A stretch of 63,614 nt of DNA, filler included. It is 17 parts of 17 records of this genome, joined end to end, with 100 filler letters (N's around TTAATTAATTAA, not from the genome) between each part and the next. Parts side by side here need not be neighbours in the genome. Positions count along the whole stretch, not along the records: positions 49,616 to 56,298 come from SRR9188676_1212; positions 56,399 to 60,045 come from SRR9188676_1213; positions 60,146 to 63,614 come from SRR9188676_1221; 14 more parts are not named here. One strand, given 5' to 3'. A program made the translations under genes and the position numbers. The notes beneath the pieces are model-generated. The model was not told where the DNA came from, did no database searches, and worked only from the letters and a program-made list of their open reading frames with translations. Numbering within the stretch: the first letter of the stretch is position 1; every line of letters starts with the position of its first letter. Shown in pieces: positions 49,713 to 63,413 of the stretch.

Positions 49713-52700
49713 CTGGAAGTTGACCTGCAGCTGGCTGTTGTCGCCGAGGGACTGCATGGTGAGAGAGAAGGGCGCGGACCCGAGGTCGTTCTGGGCGGAC
49801 AGCGTCATCGTGGGGGTGTTGCTGGGCACAACCGTCAGCACGTACCCGTCAACATCAACGTCATCCTGCAACACAGAACATACATACACACACACAGACA
49901 GGAGAGAGTGTGAGAGTGTGTGTGTGCGTGTGTGTGAGAGAGATAACGATCGATAACCTGATAGATAACGGCTCAATGCAGGCAATAGAAATTGACTTCG
50001 AGAGGGGGGAAAAACGATTCTGATTTACTAGACTGATCCATGCTCTTACAATTACTGACTTAGCACAACTACAAGTTGTTCCTTAAAGGTGCTAGCAAGG
50101 CCGGTTGTGTAGAGAGGGTCAGGACATACAAGACTCTCATCAACAGTGATACATTGATAATAATCAAGACAACATCCTCGCATAACTCATAATGAATCGA
50201 CAAGCAAGTCATGAGTCGAATATCATGATACAACAGGCATTTCGTCACAAGCAGCGCATTAGTTGCTCCTTAAACCCTTAAAACCAACTCACAAAAGAAG
50301 AGGTGGATGTTCCGGTGACGTACTCTGAAGCGGACAATCACGTTGGGCTCGGTGGTAGCTGTGGCATCGCTACGCAGAGACAGGTCAAAGGCTTGGCTCA
50401 GGTCTGTGTTGTCGTAGGCCTCGAAGATGGCTGTGGACGATGACGTCGGGTTCACAGTCAGTCGGTACCCATCATCACCAACATTGTCCCTGGAAAACAC
50501 ACATATCTACCAAGTTAGTTTATGTTCTCTTACTCTATAGTAACTTGGGCAGTTCAAATCTGGTATATGATTAATAGATTTTGGTTTTGTTCGCTCGCTT
50601 GGATACCGGATAGTTACATAGATGGGTGTAAGGTAGTTTACCATGTGTTTACGAGCCTCAGAATGTGTGCTGTACACATCCCTGCTCTACTTTTTCAATA
50701 TTAGTTGCGAGTAGTCGAAGCATTTTCGGATACCCATTCCATTGCCATATAATTCCCTCATTTATACTGATTGATCGTTGCAAAACATATTCACGAAGGT
50801 TTGGTGATTCTAATCAGTGTTTGCAGTCGGTCTGAAAGATCAAAACAAAATTACGAATTGCCAAACCCGAAAATAGTCATTATGTTTGAGAATACCGTGC
50901 CTCGCTCTGAAAGATCAGGTCGAAAGCTGATAGAAGAAACCCATCTCAACAACCAAACAGATGATGATGTACCTGAAAGTAGTCATGAGGCTCTGTCCAG
51001 TGCCGTAGCTCTGGAAGATCAAGTCGAAGGGCGCGACGTCTCCGTCACCAATGTTGATTGCGCTCATCATGAACTGCGGCGTGGCATCCGTGGTGACGTT
51101 CAGCTGGTACCCGTCCGAGCCAGACTCGTCCATGAACTTCAGGTTCACGTTCTGGTCATTTCCCTTGGAGGTCAGGAAGCCATCCCAAACGACATCTGAG
51201 CTGGGCCCATCCACTCTCACGGTCAAAGAGGCCTTGTTCTGCCCTGTGGTCACGGTGGTGCGGTATCCGTCATACCCGTCGGTCATCACGGAAACAATTT
51301 TACCCATGGGGCCGGATGTGAGGGTCATGGTGGAGTCTAGGCCATATCCAGAGGTGGAGCTCGCTGTGAGGTCAAGCATGGTGCGCGGGGACTTATATAC
51401 ATCATCGGGGTATGACACGGCCACGACGTTTTGCAAATTCGGGCTACGACCTTTACGAATTGCGATGCTATCGCCATTGGCAAAGTTGCTAGTGATAGCC
51501 TTATCCAAAATCAAGTCGGTCTCCGTCCCTGCGACAGTCACCTTGAGAATCTTGTATGCTGTGGTGAGACCAGAGAGATACACTTCATCTCCAACCTCAG
51601 CGGTGGGCTGCCAGATCTTGATTGCTGCGCTCGCGGTGAACCCAGTCGAAACAGGCCTGTCAAGAGTAAGCAAAGTGCGCTGCGTTCCGGCCAAGTAGAT
51701 GCTCTCGACCTTCAGAATGGTCCAGATATTCGTACCGCTGTCACCCGTGACAATATCACCCACAGTGAACTTGGACTGGTCCACGATATTTGCTAATCGC
51801 ACGGTGTTTGCGTCCGTGGTGGTGGTGGCGTAGGGGTTGACGGTGACGCTCGCCGAGGCCGAGGTCACGCTGATGGTACAGGCCAGGGTGCACCCCAGGT
51901 TCACAGTGCTGATCGTGAAGGTGGTAGCACCCGAAGAGAATGCACGGTGAATAGTGATGCGGAACTGACGTCCATTTGCAGGCGGGGAGGAGCCTGCTGC
52001 CACGGTCACGTACACATTGGAGCCGCTGTTCATGGCATTGATGGAGGTCTGCAACTCGCTGGCTGTGACGTCATAGGATTCAACAATCTGCTGGCCGCCC
52101 CAAGTGAGCCGGAACGAGCCGGAGACCACTGAGGCGGTGTCGCCGGAGAAGGAAATGTCCTGCACTTGGCCAGAGACCAATGAAGCATCCACGGTGGTGC
52201 CAGCGGACTGGTAGTTGGTGTTCAACGCGCGGTCCAAGCGGATCTGCTTGCGGCCGGCGCCCCAGGCATTCGAGTCGGGGCCTTCTATGCCAGTGCCGTA
52301 CTTGAGAGTGTACGAGGCGAGCTGCTTGCGGAAGTACAGGGCAGCACCACCGTGAGCCATACTGTACTTGCCCAGGGCACTGTCGTCGAGAATCACGGCG
52401 GCTTCGCTCGAGGAGCCCGACGAGAGCACAGTGAGTTGCGAGTTGGCATTAGTGCCTGTGGACACAATGCGCACGTCCGCGGTGACACCGGACTGCAGTG
52501 GCGAGATGGTATACTTGGAGTAATCGTCCTGAGTAGTTGCCTGCTGGGAGGTGGTGTCATCCATACCGTATGTTTGCAAGTCCGTGGATACGCGCACGGA
52601 GTAACCGTCAGTGCTATCGGACATGCTGAACACCACATCGGAGTTATGGCCCGAGGTCAAAGCGGCCGAGGTCATGGAGTTGTACTGGATGGCAGAACCG

Positions 52701-55700
52701 CTACCGTCGACTGCAGCGGCTTGCACCTTGAAGAGTTGGGCAGGCGCGCTATGAGTAGGAGATTCAGGGTACACCACAGAGAAGGCGGATTGCCACGAGT
52801 TGCTGTTGCCCTTGCGCAGGAGCACGGCGTCGCCCGAGACAAAGTCGTACGTGAGGCCGGTCTCGAGGTAGATAGATGTGCCTGAGCCCTTGTAAACCTT
52901 GTAGATGGTGGACTGACCAGAGAGCATCACTTCATCACCAGTCTCGACCTTCGCTTGCTTGATCTTGAGCTGCTTGCCGGATGAAATCTGGGTGGAGTCC
53001 ACATTGGTATTCAGCACGAGACACAAGTCATCTGTGTAGCTATCGCTGTCCCAGTCGCAAGCATAGGAGTCGTAGATCAGGGTGTAGTCGGTGGTGGCTG
53101 TGACATCTGCGGAGCGGATCACGGCGCCTGCGCTCAGGTACTGCTGGTATGTGGTGGCCATATCGATCAGCGCAATGACGTTGTCGCTCGGGGTGCCTAG
53201 GGTGCCTGTCAGCGCGATGTAAGTCTGGTCGATGGCGTTGGTCACAACGATGACCTTGAGGCCGCGTGCGACAGAAGTAGGCGCACCGGTGGCAAGCAGG
53301 CGCACGAAGCCCAGCTGCTTGCGCAGGTCCAGAGAGGTGGATGCAAGGGAAGTACCCAGGTTGGTATGCGACATGGAGAAACGACCAGGGACCATGCCAG
53401 AAGTGCCCAAGTCCAGAATCACGCTGGCCTCCTCGGCACTGCCGGAGTTGTCATCGCCCGAGCGCACGGCAAAGAAGGCATCATAGGTGCCTCCCGCGGC
53501 AACCTCGGCCTGCGCGGCACGCGACGAGACCAGGGAATACCGAGGGTTGGGGCTCTGCTGGGACAAGTTGGGCAGCACAATGCTACCGAGGTTCGTGCCC
53601 GTGAGCTCGCCAGCGGCATACCCGCCCGAAGACAGCGAGATGTCCACTTGATAGGTATCCACAAGCGTCACTAGGAGAGCGACGGCAAAGTCCTGAGTAG
53701 CCACGCGACCGACTAAGTCCACTAAGGCACTCTGGCCCACAAACTTGTAGTACCCACCGCTGTTGGTGATGCCGTGCGGCTTGAAGGTCTTGACACGAGC
53801 AGTAAAGAAGTCCGCCTGCACCGTGATGGAGAAGATGGGCATGAGGTCCTGGGTGAAGTAAGTAGCGGCACCCAGGTCGCGTGCATCCGTGGTGGTCTGC
53901 GCCGTGTACCCTTGTCCCTCGGTGTCCTGGATTGCGAACTTGGCCACGGCATCGGTCGCAGACTGCACGCGCACATTCGCAGGTGCATTGTGCGCCGAGT
54001 CGCCCTGAGAGAGTGCTTGTAGCGTCATCACGGGCGCATCCAGGGGGGTGTTCACAGTCATAGAGTACCCATCGAGGCCGTCAGAGAGGGTCAGAGAGGT
54101 GTCACCATTCGCACCAGAGGTGATACTCGCGGCAGTTGTGGTGTGTGTCGTGGCGCTGGCTGTGGTAGCGAGCTTCCAGATGGGGCGGTCGATAGCTCGG
54201 GTGGCCTCTGGAGAGTCCATATAGGTCAAAGTGTCGAAGTTGGAGGCATAGCCCTTGCGCACATGCACCGAGGCGCCGGCAGTCATGTCGGCCACTGCCG
54301 TCCACACACGATCACAAGTCACATTGACCAAGTAGTGGCGCCCAGTGCCGAAGTTGGAGTTACTAGCCGAGGCCACAGTGTCCACATACAGGTAGGGGGT
54401 GGACACGGACACAACCGTGTACACGTTATCGGCATTGGAGTTGAAGTAGAGCTCGTCGCCTACGGCTACGCCAGGTGTCTCGACGGCCCACCGGTCTCCC
54501 TTAGCCGTAGCGGTCTGGAGCTGTCGGTCCAAGGTCACAATATTGCCGGTTTTCGCGGTGATCACGTAAGTATCGGATGTGAGTGCCGAGGGTGCGATGG
54601 TGTCGCCCACACTGACCAAAGAAGCATCGGAAAACTCGACCTGCGAGATGCTGACTTGGTGCACGCGGCCGGCAACGGTCGAGAACGCGTACCACCCGTT
54701 GTTGAGCTGGTTCACGTTGTTGGTCACGCGCAGCAGCACAGAGTTGGAGTCTGCGGTGGCGGCAATGTGCACGGGCTGGCCTAGGAGCTGGCGGAACGGC
54801 ATCTGCCTGCGGGTGGCAGTGTACCCTGTGCCATGCGCGACCGCAATATCCGTAGCAAGAGTGTTGCCGTACGTGCCCACATCAAGCACTAGCTGCGCCT
54901 CCATTGCGGTACCACCCGTGATGCGCACAGTTGCATGCTCGGCCGCCTTGGCCGCGAAAGTCACGTCCAGTTTCTCGTTTGTCGCGGGGCCCACAGGCTG
55001 GAACAAAAGCTTAGCGGTCTCCTGAGAGTTGCCGAGATCGTCACCGCCATCGGAGCGGATCATGTAGCCCTCGAGGTCGGCGTCCTGAAGCACGAGGGAG
55101 CTCGCGCCAGAGTCATCTTCCTTGCCGGCATGCAGAGTCATGGTGGTATCCAGGTGCCCGTTGGACGCGGTCTTGGCAGCGGTTCTGAGGCGGGTACCAT
55201 CGTCTACGGTGGTCTGGACCTGTACAGGGGGGAGCTGTGTGCTCAGGTCGTTCTTGTTGGCCGAGTTGGAGTTGGCAAAGTGGGTCATGGAGTCCGGAAT
55301 GTCCATCGCGAGCGCGTTCTGCAACTCCTGGGGATTGGCCTTGCGCAGGTACACAGTGGGGCCGGCAACGCCGAGCTTGCGCTGGGCAGAGACCGCGGCC
55401 ACTCGCACTGCCGAGTTCGCAGAGGACGAGTCATGGTACAGGGTAGAGATAGAGGGCATAGTGGTGGCGCTGCTCACAGCACCCACTACTCGGGACACCC
55501 CGGACACGAAGCTCACGGAGAGTGTGGTTCCTGTCTGCCCCGTCACGCGGATCGCGTCGTCGTCGAAGCTGGACGAAATGTCGGACCCATCAGAGGCCTT
55601 GAGAGACACAGCACCAGAGATCCAGTAGTATCCATTGGCAAATGACAGCGTGGAGGTAGAGGGCAGGTCCAGGGTAAGAGTGGCGGTCAACCCACCAGCA

Positions 55701-56209
55701 AGCACCGTGATGTCGGTCACTTTCACGGTCTGGAGGGGCTCGAGCGGGTTAGACACGGCGCCGTTGATGCTGTCAAAGAAGATCTCCCAGCCATACAGGT
55801 TGCGGGATGTATCCACAGGGTACTGGGCAACGGTGCAGTAGTCTAGATTGTCCATGCTCTCCAAGTAGCTTTCCATGGTGGCGGCGCTTGCACTGACGCT
55901 GAACGGATAAGAGGTGGTCGAATCGCGGGCCACGCCCGTCACGTCATTCACGGTGCCTGCGAGGTCAGGGTGCGTGAGAGAGAGCCCGAAGAAGCCGCCC
56001 ACGGTGGCGCCGGCGGGGCCTGACACTGCCACATACTGCGTCTCGATCTGGCGCCCCGTGGCACTGACCACAAGGTTCTGGTCCAGAACGAGCTCGTGCA
56101 CGTTGGAGTTGCCGCCCTGGTGGGCCTGGATGCCCAGTACCTTGAATGTGATGTACTTGCAGCTGCCTGACGCGCAGGTTGTGCTCACGTACTGCCCTTC
56201 GATGAAAAT
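49713..56209 (-). CDS. Giant S/T/A/G/V/D-rich modular beta-strand protein (>1800 aa), partial at both ends
   Basis: Exons 56209-50973, 50489-50324 and 49865-49713 join in frame through GT-AG introns, with strong GC3 bias. Recurrent motifs DGY, RKQL/RQLL, VGDE and RKG. Confidence 0.85.
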
Positions 56210-56708
56210 CTGATCGATGGAACACCACATCCACAATCACAAGAGCAGGTTGAATAAATAAAATCACTCATAATCACCAAAATCAGTGCAGAATCTATNN
56301 NNNNNNNNNNNNNNNNNNNNNNNNNNNNNNNNNNNNNNNNNNTTAATTAATTAANNNNNNNNNNNNNNNNNNNNNNNNNNNNNNNNNNNNNNNNNNNNCA
56401 TGAATATTTTCTTCAACACGTTTCTTTTTCCATTTCTGTGGAGCTCTGTGTTCTTAATCTGGATCGATGGAAATGACAGAATCAGTTTTAGCCGTTTTTG
56501 GCACCTGAGATATTGTTTGGATTAGCTGGAGCTCTTTTTTGAAGCGCATAATGATGTGGTATTTTTCAGCAAAAACCATTCGACCATTTTTTTTCACAAC
56601 GTCAGTCGAAATTGGCAGTTCCTCATGTCTCTGTGTGGATGTCTCTCTGTGTACATGCGTGTTCGTGTGTGCCTATGTGTGTGTATCTTCTTTTCGCTCA
56701 CTCCCCAG

Positions 56709-59700
56709 GAATATCGTGTTCCAAGACCGTCATCTCACACGAGCCAGATACCTGACACCCACGCGAAAGGTAGGGAACAAAGTGCGCTCAATATCTGGCT
56801 CGAAATAGAATCCTTGCTTCACTCAACCTGGAAATATTTCGTTCTCCAAATAACAACCTCTGTGTTGCCCAACACCGGGCCAGATAGATCACACCCATGC
56901 GTCAGCATAGAAGAAATCTCACATCGTTATTATTTATCTTCAATGTGATTTTCATCTTTCACCTCTCTCTCACACACACGCACACACACGCCCTCTCGGC
57001 TATTTTTGTGTTTCAGCAAGCAGTGATCGTGATCCAAACATGCATTTCGAACCACATACCCTTCCCTTCTCTCCTCCCTCCCTCCCTCTCAGGTCGCTCT
57101 CGCTTTTCCCAGCAAGCTGTACTCGTGATCCGCAACGTCCATTTCGACACACACACACACACACATAGACTCACTTCCCTCCCTTTCTCTCTCCCTGTCT
57201 CTCAGCTTGTTCTTGCTTTCCAGCAAGCGGTACTCGTGATCCACGACGTCCATTTCGACACCCTCGAGCAGGACATGCGCGAGTTTCACTCCTCAGAGTT
57301 CCTGCACTCCAGCGGCCACTCAGCCTTCGCACTGCGCCAGCTGCTCACGATGGCCGCTCTCTCTGCCTCGGGCATACCGAGAAACACACATTCTACAGAC
57401 CCACTGCACGACGCCTCTCCCGTACCATACCACCCTAGCCAGGATCAAAATGCTACTTATCAAGGTCGAGCCGAACGCAATGACCTCGATCATAGAAATA
57501 TCCAGACGTCTGACTCACAATACGACTCCCCCGAAGCATACCGCCAGAACCAAAATCAACTCGTAAATTCTGACCTCGACCCTCGAGATATACTTAGAAC
57601 CACTCAGACTACTGACTCACACCATTCCGACTCTCTAGAGCTAGCACCTCGCAACCAAAGTCGCTCAGATGAGTCTGTTGAGCATCAACCCCATAGCCGT
57701 GATGAAAATCTTAACCACACGCCGCCTCTTCAGAGCCCTGATCGAACTCCCAATTCTATGTCCACGAACCATCATGAGACCATTCGTGATTCTCACTTTT
57801 CTCGTGGTAGTTTCGAGATGGCAGCTCCTGTGCTGACCACGAATCACTCGAACCCACTTTTCCTGAGGAACGTGCAGATGCAGACCCAAGGCTCTACACC
57901 CGCAGACACATCCACACTTATCCCCACACCCACGCATCTGACAACCACACCACGCACACGCACACACCCGTTACTTTCACAACTCCCCCCACCCCGACAG
58001 CGTTACCAGTCCTCGACACGGTCACAATCCCACGCACACTCTCCTTCCATTATAAATGTCATTTCACAGTCTCCTTCTTACTCCCCCCATCATCATCAGA
58101 CCTCAGATAACACAAATAAGAACCATAATGACGACGACGATAGCGTCAGTTCAATATCTTGCTCGATTTCAACGCCCTCTAGCGATCTCAGCGAGATCGA
58201 TGATGCTGAACTGGATGCCTTCCTAGGATCTGATTCGGATAGAGCGAGCTTTGATAACGATTCGAATGATGGCGATAATAATGATAATAATCATGTGGAC
58301 CATCATTTAGGAAATGAATTGCCTTTTCGTCATTCTCGATCACAGCAGCGCATTCGCCTGTCACATCCCACCCATGGCATGTCACATCAAACTCATCGTA
58401 TGTCACATCACCGAACAAGCCAGACCAGTGCGCGCGCTTTTTCACCTTCATCATCCTCATCCTTGCCTCATTCTTCGCCTACATCTACAGCGTCATGTTC
58501 TTTCCCGTTTTCCGGCCAGAATGCTCTCCCCCGAAATTCATACCCCCAGCAAACTGCCCGAACATCCCACTCTCATTCTCATCCTCACTCTCATAGCCAT
58601 CATTCGGACACCACACGAACACTGACATATCCCAATTATCGTTCCTCCGCGATAAGCAGAACTCATTATCGTAGTATCCATCATGGTCCCAATCACCAGG
58701 ATCATCATCATAACCATGGTAACCGTAGCACGATGGCTATGCACAGAGGGGACCGAAATCAAAGCCCGATTATGAGTGCCGAGCCCTTACCTGGATTCCG
58801 ACCGGATTCTGAATCTGACACAGATTTTGATCAAATCCTTGATGATCTAGACTCAAGCGAATCGCGCTCTTTCCTCAAGCAGAGTAGAGCAGTCCTCGCC
58901 CAGAGTACGAGGACAAATAGAAATTCTTCATTCATGCAATCGAATGGTACCAGCTTTTCCACCCTATTTCCCACCACCACGATCACAATTGCCCGAACGC
59001 ATGACTCTACTACTGTTTCCACGAGTGTGAATCTCATGGTGAATGATAGTGACTATCACTTCCCTAATGACTATAGCTTTCCGAACGACAATGGTGAGAG
59101 TTTTTCTCGTGATAATGATGCCGTCTCTCGAGATTTTTCAGACACCATGAGTGAAGATTTTTCCAGGGATAGGAGTACATTTAGACATTCTCCTGTCGGC
59201 TTGCGTTCTCCTCAATCTCCCAGTCGTGCGGCAGAAGCGAATTCTCCCCAGAATACTGAGGTTGTTAATTCTGATCAAGCTCAAGGGACAAGTGCACGTG
59301 TAGATTCTCCTCAACTTGATCGCGATGCACCAGTTCTTGACTCTCCCGAAACACATACCTCTCCCCGCGCACATCACACAACGGAACCCCTCGATGCCCT
59401 GATGAACTCTCATACTCCACCCGTCACACAGACAATCGACCCTCCGACCATGCATAATGATATATCTCACTCCTCGAGTGGCATTCATCCCCCAACCACT
59501 ACGAATTCTATGCCTAGAGATTCTCTTCACAACTCATCTATGACATTGGTTATGCCTAGTTCAATGCCGATCTCTGAGTCAACGAATGCAACGACCTTTG
59601 TGAATAGTGATATGACGGGAACTTCACGAGGTGATAGCCTAATGACGGTCGCCGAAGTGGATGATGATAGTGATGAAGATTGGCCAACGGATGATATGGT

Positions 59701-59976
59701 TATTGATCCCCACCCTCACACCTACCCCGGCCCCCACCCCAATCCACATGGCCATGTGCGTATCCATGACAATGACAACCACCACACATCCCATAGCCCT
59801 CACGCCCTTTCCTCACAAATTTCTCACCATACCTCTGCAACCGCACACCTAAGAAGACGGCCTGAGAGCGATAGTCATCGCAATACGGCCAATGGTCATG
59901 ATGATAGCGGTCATGATGATAACATGGCACGCACACGCCGGTTCATGCGTGAGGGCTTTCAATTGGGCCCGTTACG
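56709..59976 (+). CDS. Uncharacterised protein with a long S/H/D/T/P-rich disordered exon, partial
   Basis: Short exon 56709-56769 (NIVFQDRHLTRARYLTPTRK) splices in phase 0 to QAVLVIHDVHF... (acceptor 57223). About 900 open codons follow to a GTACGA donor at 59977. Confidence 0.55.
57005..57262 (+). repeat. Three imperfect copies of a 3' splice site plus exon start
   Basis: Pyrimidine tract-CAG|CAAGCNGTNNTCGTGATCC...CATTTCGA, with exon starts at 57017, 57113 and 57224. Confidence 0.9.
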
Positions 59977-61359
59977 GTACGACTTCTCTCCAACTATAAC
60001 TCATATCTCTCACCCCTATCCTTGTTTTCCTCCCATGACCCTCTCNNNNNNNNNNNNNNNNNNNNNNNNNNNNNNNNNNNNNNNNNNNNTTAATTAATTA
60101 ANNNNNNNNNNNNNNNNNNNNNNNNNNNNNNNNNNNNNNNNNNNNAGTGGGAGTGGGGGTGGGAGTGGGAGTGGGGGTGGGAGGGTATATTGCCCACTTC
60201 AATCCTGATTCAGATCGGATTACATACTCGTACACCCATTTCCTCTCTATCACATCACATGTCACATACATCGACCTCAGATTGAAGAAACTGACCGAGT
60301 GCTACGTTCCCGACTCATGAAGGCTTTACTTCTTTTGATGTTGTGAATTGTTGGAAAATGACAGAAGAAAAATGAATGGGGGAAAAAAGAAGAAGAAGAA
60401 TCAACAGGAGATCAGAAGAGCACGGTGGGGAGGGGGGGGCAGAGGTGAGAGGGATTTCCCCTCGACACTGTCTTTTTCGTTACATCCTCTCGGAGACCAT
60501 TCCTCCTTATCACAATATAAGCTTGTACTCATATCTGATCAAGAATGCAATTTCCAATCTTTAGTTGTCCTGGGCATTTAGGGAGGCAAATAATGAATCG
60601 CTCGGGGGAAGCGCGTCTAATCGAAGGATCATGTACATTCCCGTCAAAAATAATATATCTAGATATAGTCAGGAGGTATCAAAGCATGTTTTTATTTTTT
60701 TCTCCTAATATAGATTGAATGGAATCATACAGTCGGCGCACGGGCATTCGGAGTCTCAGCACGAAAGGCAACACAGCCAGCACAGTCACAGTCGAGACCA
60801 TTGCTTTCCGTCGAGTTATGATCACTTGATTTTCGGTTGCATCCTGCACAGATATCCAGACTAATGGATGAATCTGAAGCACTCTTTGAGGGGACAAAGT
60901 GAACGCATCGCTTGAGCTTGAAGGTTTGTCTGGATATACCAAAAGAAGTTTTCTCGCGTTTCAGAAAGAGAAAGTATAGCAAAACAAGGAGTATGGTCAG
61001 ACCTCATAAACACCTCCTTCTCTGCTTCATGTTTGAACTTTTGATTGCGCCCATGCTGAGTCTGGGCCATAGCTTCTAAAATTCGCTCTTTCGAGCGACA
61101 AAGCTTGTAGATATAGGTATTAGCTGTGAATCAGGAGAGAAAGGATGAAAATGATAGAGAGACCACGCTACTAAATCAGAGTTTTTTGAGTCCAAAATTC
61201 CAAACGGAAGTTGGTTTGTTTGTAAACAGTTCATATCCACGAAGTTTCTTATCGGGGGTGCCGGTGCCACAGTTCATAAAACTCACACCGGTCATTCTTG
61301 AGCTCTTTCACAGCCTCTTCTTGGTCTTTTTTCCTGTCGACTCGGTTACGAGGTAAACT

Positions 61360-61827
61360 ATGACCAGCCACACCAATCAGCAGTTGGGATTTTATCGAGA
61401 ATGCTACTCCCGGGAAAACAGTGTGAATGACATTCCCAAACAGCAACGCTTCTTATACCGCTGCCAGAAAGAGTCTTGTCATACTGGCATTACCGACCTG
61501 CCTGACTTCTTTCTCAAGACTCAGATCCCGCCTCTGGAGAACAGACCAGAAAGACCCCCTCAAAACAAATCCACACCCAACCTCATGCAACAAAGACCTT
61601 CGCCATTTGCTTTGAATCACCGCCCACCAGCGCCAGTATTCCCCCCCACATCTACTCAGTCTCGAGGTCCTGTGAGACCACATGATGTGGAAACATTCCG
61701 CTCTGCAGTGCGCATACTCCGCGAAGAATCCCCTCGTGGTGTCACTCCCAGACAGATTTATGGGCTGAGACAAGCTCTCCGTGTGTATCGATCGCATGAA
61801 ATGGACAAAGCAGCGACCATAAGATAG
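61360..61827 (+). CDS. Hypothetical single-exon protein, 155 aa
   Basis: ATG-to-TAG ORF followed by an AT-rich 3' region. No family recognised. Confidence 0.35.
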   Translation: MTSHTNQQLGFYRECYSRENSVNDIPKQQRFLYRCQKESCHTGITDLPDFFLKTQIPPLENRPERPPQNKSTPNLMQQRPSPFALNHRPPAPVFPPTSTQSRGPVRPHDVETFRSAVRILREESPRGVTPRQIYGLRQALRVYRSHEMDKAATIR

Positions 61828-62518
61828 ATTTCTACAGTACTAGCATCGAGCTGCTGAATTTCATCCCTGGCTTTAAATATCGATGCTTCAGCGAAATGTC
61901 GATTTGATCATTTTATAGTGAATTGGTATATCTTTTGATGTACTTCACAATCAATACATCAATATCTTTCACATTCTCGAAGACACATGATGTCAGCCTT
62001 GATCCGTCAGGACTCGATTAGACTCCATTGATGAATGGCACCTCATATTTCATGTATGTAGTGTTTTATTTGTATGTTATATTCATTTATATTTATATTT
62101 CTCACCCCTCTCCTGATTGATCCTCTTTTTCCCTCATTTCCTCATTTTCTATAGAATTCACTCATGCTATTTTTCTGATCATTGACATGTATACTACACG
62201 GAAATCATTGATTTTTCTTGTCAAAATTGGTTTATATTTTATCCTTTTTTTTTAATAAACAATCTATTTTTTCCGGAGCGATCATCTTCGATCATCTTCA
62301 TCATCCTCGAAGAAGCAACCACTTTTTTACCTGAACATTTGTCAGCATCTCAAGCTAATATGAGAAGACTGGTGTGTATTTTTTGGAAATTTAGAGCGCT
62401 TTCGGGCTCTTGATGCAAAAACAAACGACGACGACGGGGACAGGCCCAAATCGGGGGATAGCTCGATATTTTCCTTCCCCGGCAGAATCCTGTTTTTCCC
62501 CTTTTTCTTTCAAAAAAA

Positions 62519-63413
62519 ATGGGCTCCGTAACTGCATCTGTTCGACCCTTTGTCGCTCCCGAAAGGATAGATTACAATTGTCGATGCATCGTATGTAGTG
62601 CGCCTCATGAATTAGAAGAGGAAATTCCAGCTTTCTATGAGTACAAGCTGCTTAAAGTTGATGAATCAGGTAATGAGTTATTTATCCGAGCATCCAATCT
62701 GAAAGAAATATTAATTGCTATTATTGATGAAGGTGAAAGAAAAGAACTTAGCGATAGTGACTGGGCGATGATTGAGAGTGATCCAAGATTCCAATGGCTT
62801 TTCACCGAGCAAGATGCTTGGAAGCGAAAGTGTGCCGCTATTCTTGTTACTCTCCAGGTAATTGTTCTCTCTCACACACACTTCCCATTATTATGGCATT
62901 TTCTCACTTTCTATTTTTTCTCCCTGTAGAAACATAAATTTGCTGAACCCTTCAACGAACCAGTCGATCCCATCGTCCTCAGTAATTCTTCTCTTATTCT
63001 CGTAGCCTCATTTGATTTTTCGAAAACAATGATATTTATTATTCACAACGAGACAAATTCTGATATTCTCATTCTCTCTATTCTCATCACTATTATTACT
63101 CATTAGTCTATGAGGGAGGGGCATCTAAATCTCTGTCACGATCGTTTTGAACAAATATTTGGCCTCCGGTTGTTTCATAAATAATGATACATATAATTGA
63201 AACCCAACCAGGTTATCAGACACACATACTCCTAGATCACTAATCATGGCAACCGCCTTTTGCATCTTTCTCTACTATTTGATTTGAAAAAGTATAGTTG
63301 ACGCCTTAGTATGTTTCAGCTTATTTAATTACTTCTATATGAATTTCTGATCTGTAGATATCCCGGATTACCTCAACATCATCCGTCATCCGATGGATCT
63401 GGGCACCGTCAAG
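62519..63413 (+). CDS. Bromodomain-containing protein, 3' partial
   Basis: Exons 62519-62857, 62930-62981 and 63358-63413 give WKRKCAAILVTLQ|KHKFAEPFNEPVDPIVL|NIPDYLNIIRHPMDLGTVK. Confidence 0.92.

Noticed and set aside
51051-56213. Many overlapping + strand ORFs opposite the giant protein
   Set aside because: Antisense shadows expected from GC3-biased codons; no motifs.
60146-60190. GGGAGT/GGGGGT run as a telomere
   Set aside because: Short and irregular; similar G-rich tracts occur inside introns (5140-5180, 5478-5505).
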